DNA of 62,134 nucleotides, the filler included, from Malassezia furfur (lineage: Eukaryota): assembly GCA_052055015.1 (NCBI GenBank). It is 4 parts of 4 records of this genome, joined end to end, with 100 filler letters (N's around TTAATTAATTAA, not from the genome) between each part and the next. Parts side by side here need not be neighbours in the genome. Positions count along the whole stretch, not along the records: positions 46,719 to 62,134 come from JBQJIT010000274.1; 3 more parts are not named here. The stretch is one strand, 5' to 3'. The notes below the pieces were generated by a model. The model did not search any database. It was given only the letters and a program-made list of their open reading frames with translations, and was not told the origin of the DNA. This document shows, one piece after another, positions 57,000 through 62,134 of the stretch. Numbering within the stretch: the stretch's first letter is position 1; every line of letters starts with the position of its first letter. Both the position numbers and the translations under genes were made by a program.

Positions 57000-59228
57000 A
57001 TGGCCGAGTCCATGGAGAACATGGGCGCAGCGGCCGGCCAGTTCTTCGCGACGGCCGGCCATAAGATGGGCCACGCACTGCATGGGCTCGAGGAGAGCGC
57101 CACAGGGGTGCATGAACACCCCGGTCTGAAGCTCCGCATGATGACCTGGAATATGCACGGCAAGATCCCCAAGGGCGACCTGGAGATCCTGTTTGGGCAC
57201 GTTGACCCGTACAACCCTGCGGACGCGCCGCGGCTTGGCCCGGACGAAATCCCGCCACTGCCAATGAACGACGCCTACCCGTACCACCTGGTGGTCATCT
57301 CGTGCCAGGAATGCCCGTGGGGTGAGGGCGGGCAGCTCACCACCACGCTGCACACCGCCGGCGAGATCGGCAGCGCGGCGTTTGGGCGTACCAAGCCCGC
57401 GCGCGACTTGTACAGCGGCGAGCACCGGCATATGGATGCGCCGGGCAAGGGCACCGGCGCCGATTCCGAGCTCGACTTGCAGCGCATCAGCTCGGTGAGC
57501 TCCACGGCTGGCAGTCTACCCTTGGCCGGCTCGCCGCCAGTGCGTAGCGCACGGCCGTCGCTGTCCATCCAGACGGATGGCGACGCTGAGCGGCCCATGG
57601 CCAGCCCGGTGCGGCGCGACGCCGCCAATGGGCCTGCACGCACCAAGGTCCAGGGGTGGAGCAAAGTGTGCGAAGACTGGTTCTGCTACGCGACCAGTCC
57701 CAACAGCCCCGACGCCTCGCCGTACATCTCGCCCACCGACCGCCCTGACTCGGACACCGAGTCGCTCTTGTTGGAGCAGTATCCCTCGCGCACGCACAGC
57801 ATCCACCGCCTCGCGCACCAGCTGAGCCGCGCGTCGCTGCGCGGCGAAAGCCTGTCTGACCGCTCGTTCGTATCGCCGCAGGACATGCGGCAGCCGCCCA
57901 AGCGGCTCGGGCCGTACGAGCTGGTGATCAAAAAGCGCATGATGGGCTGCTACTCGGCCGTGTACGTCTGGCGCGGCTGCCACGAGCTGGTGCGCGGCGC
58001 GAGTGCCAACTATGTCAAGAGCGGCCTGCTTGCGGGGCGCATGGGCAACAAGGGCGGCGTCGGTATCAGCATCCTCTTTGGCAAGACGCGGCTGCTCTTT
58101 GTCAATGCGCACCTCGCCGGTACGTTGCCCAACCTAACGCAGCGCACGCCAACAAGATTGCCGCGCGGTTCGATAACATCCAGCGCATCTCGACCGAGCT
58201 GCGTGTCGAGACGTTTTTGCCGCCCGACGACCCGCGGAACAAGCTCGAGGACATCACCGCCAAGTTTGACCACGTGTTCTGGTGCGGCGACCTGAACTGT
58301 ACGTCTCCCCACTCACCCAGTCCGCGTCGAGATCAACCGCAAGGACGCCGACGTTCTGATCCAGCAAAAGGCGTACCACCGCGCGTTCCAGTTTGACCAG
58401 CTGCAGAATGCCATGCGTGAGGGCAAGGTGTTCCAGCACTTCGAGGAGGCACCCATCGCGTTCCCGCCGACGTACAAGCTTGACATCCTCAAGGCCGCGG
58501 ACGCGCGCGATGTGTACCCTTCGGAAGAGGCGTCGTTTGTCACGACCGACGACTCGTTTGGGCCACAGCGCACCAAGCCGTCCGTATGGCGCCGCGTGTG
58601 GCGCCGGCGACACCACCACAGCACCGATGCGCCTGAGATGAACACGGGTACATTGGCGCTACGCAGCCCGTCGCCGGACACTGCGTCGCTGTCCAACTTT
58701 TCCGAGAGCTCGTCGATCATGGAGGACGCCGCGGACGAATTGAACGACGTACTCCCGACGAAGGACGTCACGACGGGCAACACGTCTTCGCCCATCCGGC
58801 TGAACCTTGTCCATGCGGTCAAGGAAGAGGTGCAGGTGCGCAAGGAGGAAAACGCCACGATCTACGCCCTGGGCAATGCGACGTACGACTCGAGCGCCAA
58901 GCAGCGCTTGCCGTCGTGGTGCGACCGCGTGTTGTGGCGCACCAACGACCCGGCACCACAACACCCCACCAAACACCGCTCAGGGCTGTTTGGCCGCCGG
59001 CGCGACCCGAGCTCGCACCGGGAGGAGGAGGCCGTGCGCTCCTTCATTCAGGCGCCGCTGCACTGGCTGCACGGCAAGGGCCAAGACACGGCAGCGGCCG
59101 AGCATGGCGCAGGCAAGGGAAGTGTCACGGTGCTTGCGTACCGCTCGATCGACGACCTCGACAGCGAGGCGCTCGGCGCGACGTCCGACCACCGCCCGGT
59201 GCTCTTTAGCGCGTTCGTCCGTACGTAG
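57000..59228 (+). CDS. Inositol polyphosphate 5-phosphatase family protein
   Basis: TWNM, GNKGGVG, NAHLA|AH, FWCGDLN|FR, FPPTYK, PSWCDRVLW, SDHRPV. Introns at 58120-58142 and 58299-58320. Confidence 0.92.
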
Positions 59229-59289
59229 CTCCACCTCCACGTGATATACCCAACCGCCGGCGGTCTTCCCCCGCTCCTCTTTCTCGGCG

Positions 59290-59854
59290 ATGGCCACGAG
59301 CGACGCGGCGCCGACCTCCGAAGAGCTGTCCGTGTTCCACGCGCCGCGGCCGTTCAAGGCGGCGGCGTTTGTGGAGCGCGCGAGTGGCTCGACGAAGCGC
59401 AACAAAACGCTCAAGCAGATCCTCAATATGGAGCGCGACGCGCAGCTCCAGCGGCTCGGCGTGGACAAGAAGCGCAAAGAGGCCAAGCGGCGGCGGACCA
59501 CGGAAGAGGCCGCTGCTGAGCCCGAGGCAGCCGCGACACCAGCGTCGCCGATCGACGACGGCGCAGAGCGGCGCATGGTGCCGACGTGTACGTGGAAGCC
59601 GCTGACCCAGACACCAGCGTCGAGGCGCCGCCGAGTCTGCTGCCGGCCAAGCGGTATTGCGACATTACGGGCCTGCAGGTACGTGGTACGCTCACACAGG
59701 CGCCGTACACGGACCCCAAGACGCGGCTGCGGTACCACAGTGCGGAGATCTACGACATCGTCAAGGGATTTGTGCGTGTGTGCACTGACAACAGGCGCCT
59801 GGCGTGGACAATGCATACCTTGCGCTGCGTGGGAGCGCGTCACAGCTGATGTAG
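59290..59854 (+). CDS. IES6: INO80 complex subunit Ies6 (YL1_C)
   Basis: KTLKQIL, PT|YTSVEAPPSLLPAKRYCDITGLQ|APYTDPKTRLRYH...YLALRG. Introns at 59588-59610, 59679-59699 and 59772-59794. Confidence 0.92.
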
Positions 59855-59865
59855 TGGTGGTATGT

Positions 59866-60221
59866 CTAGATGAGGCGCGCGCTGTCCGCCGTGCGCCACG
59901 CACGCAGCTCGTCGGTGACAGGCCGGTGCGTGACGGCGGCTGGGTCGCTGGCCTTTTGGCTACGTATTTCGCGTAGCTCTTCCAGTGAGCGTGGGTGCCG
60001 CTGCGGTGAGTGGGCGCACGTACGAAGCCGGTCTCGGGGGGCACGAAGCGGTCGCGGAACTGGGTGAGCGGCGCCGACCTACCGGCAGGACGTATTTGTC
60101 GTACCACGCCGGGTCGCCGAAGTAGATCATAAACGCGAGTGGGAACGCGAGGTAGCTACGTGAGTCGCGCATTGCCGACGTACAAGCCGAAGCGGAACAC
60201 CTCGAGGTTGTGCCCGCCCAT
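59866..60221 (-). CDS. PET100: Cytochrome c oxidase assembly factor Pet100 (not in ORF track)
   Basis: MGGHNLEVFRFGFYLAFPLAFMIYFGDPAWY. Introns at 60156-60183, 60060-60082 and 60001-60023. Confidence 0.85.
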
Positions 60222-60289
60222 GGTGGTGCGCGCCGTCCGTGCAGGCGGCGAAGGCCGTCCGCTGACTCAGCACCCGGACCCCGGCGACG

Positions 60290-62134
60290 ATGGGCAAAGG
60301 TACGCGTGGGAAGTCGTCGGCGACCGCCGCCACCCGCAAGAAGCAGGCGGCCAAGGCCGCGGCGAAGCACGGCGGGCCGGAGCCGACTGCACCTGCGCCG
60401 AAATCCGGCAAAAAACTGTCCAAAAAAGAGCGGCAGCAGCTCAAGAAGAAGAGCTATGTCCCCCCGCCGAAGCCGCCGCAGCCGCCGCCGTACCCGCTGG
60501 ACTCGATGGGGCTCGCGAACCTGCTCCCCGCAGACCTTGTGGTGCTGCTGCGCAAAGCGCTCAAAAAGGATATCGTGACGCGCGTGCGCACCCTCGAGTC
60601 GATGCTCGCGTGGATGCAGGGCGCACCCAGCGACGACGACGCCGAGCCGCTCGGCGACGAGGAGCGCAGCGCCGCGATGGTCGTCATGCTCCCGTGCTGG
60701 GTGCACCTGTTCCCCCGCCTTGCGCTCTCGCCGTCGCAGCGCCTGCGCCTGCTCGCCCTGCAGGTGCACGAGCAGCTGCTCCGCGACGCGGCGGTGCGCG
60801 ACGAGCTGCTCGGCGCGCACAACCTCACGCCGATCCTCGGGTTCTGGGCGGTGCTCACGCATGACACGAGCCGCGCGGCCGCGCGCCTCGCGCAGCGCCT
60901 CTGGGACGAGAGCGTGGCGTGGGACGCCGGCGAAGACGGAGCACGCGTGCCGCTCGCCGAGTACACATCGACGCTCCTCGAGCACTTCCGCCCGATCCTG
61001 CTGTCCGACTCGGCGTCGGCCAACCTGGTGCACTCTACGGCATCGCTGCAGTCGGCGGTGCCCACCGGCGACGCCGGCAAGGAGCGCGACGCCAAGAACC
61101 GCGACGAGAGCAACGTCGACGAGAGCGCCGACGAACTCGACGCGCGCCTCGTGGCCGGCGCGCTCGGCGCGCTCGCCTCGCTCGTGGCGCGCGCGCCGCA
61201 GCTCGACGACGACGACCTCGAGTCGTTTGCCGAGTCGTCGACGCTCTGGTCGGCGCTCGAGTCGGCCGGCACCGATGCGCCGCTGCTGGGCCGCGACGCG
61301 CCCGTCGTGCGCCAGCGCGCATGGGCCTTCCTGGCGGCGCTCACGGCGCGTGCGCCGCACCTCGTGGACGCGCACCTCGCGACGATCCGCACGCACGCCT
61401 TCCGTGGCGCCTGGGCGGAGCGCGACGTCGCGGTGCTGTGCGACCTGCTCGGTGCGCTCCTGCCCGTGCTCAAGCGCTTTCCCCGCGCGTGGACCGCGCA
61501 GGAGGACGAAAGCGATGCAGAAGACGACGACGAGGACGAGGACGACGCAAGCGAGGCGTCCGAGGCCGACGCAGGGCGCCCGCTCGCCGACTTCCTTACG
61601 TGGGTGCAGGTCGCCGGCGCCCAGGCGCCGCGCGTGTGCTTCCCTGCGGTGCTCGTGTTTTTGTCGAGCATGCCTGCGGACGTCTTGCCGTATACGCCCG
61701 CGGCGGCCGCCGGCGTGGTGCGCCCGCTGCTGGCGCTCGCGCCGGGCCTCGTGGAGCGCCCGGGCGCCGTCGACCCGGTCGGCTGGGAGGCCTACGTCGC
61801 GATGGTGTGTGAGTGCACGGCGTACCTGCTGATGCGCATCGTGCGCGCAGACGCCGCGAACGACGGCGTCGCCGACCTCGCCACCGAGCTGCTCACCGCG
61901 CTCTACGAAGAGCTCGTCGCCGGCGCGGCCGACACACCGCGGCCGCCGGCGCGCCTCGCCCAGGCAACCGCACGCGAGTGGGGCCGGTGCCTCGCCAAGG
62001 TCGACGTCCAGGTCGAGGGCCGTGCGCTCCTGGACGGCACGCTCGCGCACGTAGAGCACGCGCTCGAGGCGCCGGGCAATGCGCCCGCCGACGCGCTCGG
62101 CGCCGCCGCCGCGGCGCTCACCGCGGCGCTCGAG
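60290..62134 (+). CDS. RKR1: Listerin E3 ligase (Ltn1/Rkr1), N-terminal part; runs off the window
   Basis: MGKGTRGKSSATAATRKK..., LVVLLRKALKKDIVTRVRTLE, WVHLFPRL..RLRL (LTN1 N-terminal motif). Confidence 0.85.
   Translation, partial: MGKGTRGKSSATAATRKKQAAKAAAKHGGPEPTAPAPKSGKKLSKKERQQLKKKSYVPPPKPPQPPPYPLDSMGLANLLPADLVVLLRKALKKDIVTRVRTLESMLAWMQGAPSDDDAEPLGDEERSAAMVVMLPCWVHLFPRLALSPSQRLRLLALQVHEQLLRDAAVRDELLGAHNLTPILGFWAVLTHDTSRAAARLAQRLWDESVAWDAGEDGARVPLAEYTSTLLEHFRPILLSDSASANLVHSTASLQSAVPTGDAGKERDAKNRDESNVDESADELDARLVAGALGALASLVARAPQLDDDDLESFAESSTLWSALESAGTDAPLLGRDAPVVRQRAWAFLAALTARAPHLVDAHLATIRTHAFRGAWAERDVAVLCDLLGALLPVLKRFPRAWTAQEDESDAEDDDEDEDDASEASEADAGRPLADFLTWVQVAGAQAPRVCFPAVLVFLSSMPADVLPYTPAAAAGVVRPLLALAPGLVERPGAVDPVGWEAYVAMVCECTAYLLMRIVRADAANDGVADLATELLTALYEELVAGAADTPRPPARLAQATAREWGRCLAKVDVQVEGRALLDGTLAHVEHALEAPGNAPADALGAAAAALTAALE

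Overview
This is eukaryotic (fungal) genomic DNA: GC-rich, extremely gene-dense and with tiny introns. It most resembles a Malassezia-type basidiomycete yeast (inference; the species cannot be named). The window is four ~15.4-15.5 kb contigs joined by artificial N44-TTAATTAATTAA-N44 linkers, so genes on different contigs are not neighbours. By hand-splicing I reconstructed about 37 protein-coding loci, mostly housekeeping, plus two intron-containing tRNA-Arg(ACG) genes and one intronic box C/D snoRNA. No CRISPR, rRNA or recognisable transposon was found. Highlights the ORF track does not show: (1) Introns are miniature. Of 48 inferred spliceosomal introns, 33 are 21-25 nt (mode 23), donors are mostly GTRCGT, three 21-nt introns are stopless, and GYP5 needs a 4-nt micro-exon. 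(2) The only two long introns are structured 5'UTR introns. The RPB11 one hides a dual-guide C/D snoRNA (18S Cm1007-equivalent plus 25S Um2729-equivalent) with compensated non-canonical C and D boxes. (3) A HAC1/Cib1-type bZIP gene has a 56-nt Ire1-type unconventional intron and a UPRE in its own promoter. (4) A candidate GATA-regulated nitrogen-scavenging cluster comprises a permease, a membrane-anchored ureohydrolase, a low-GC secreted copper amine oxidase with two lesions, and PTR2. (5) CACGTG occurs in many of the very short promoters. All homology calls are motif recognition by eye, with no database searches.
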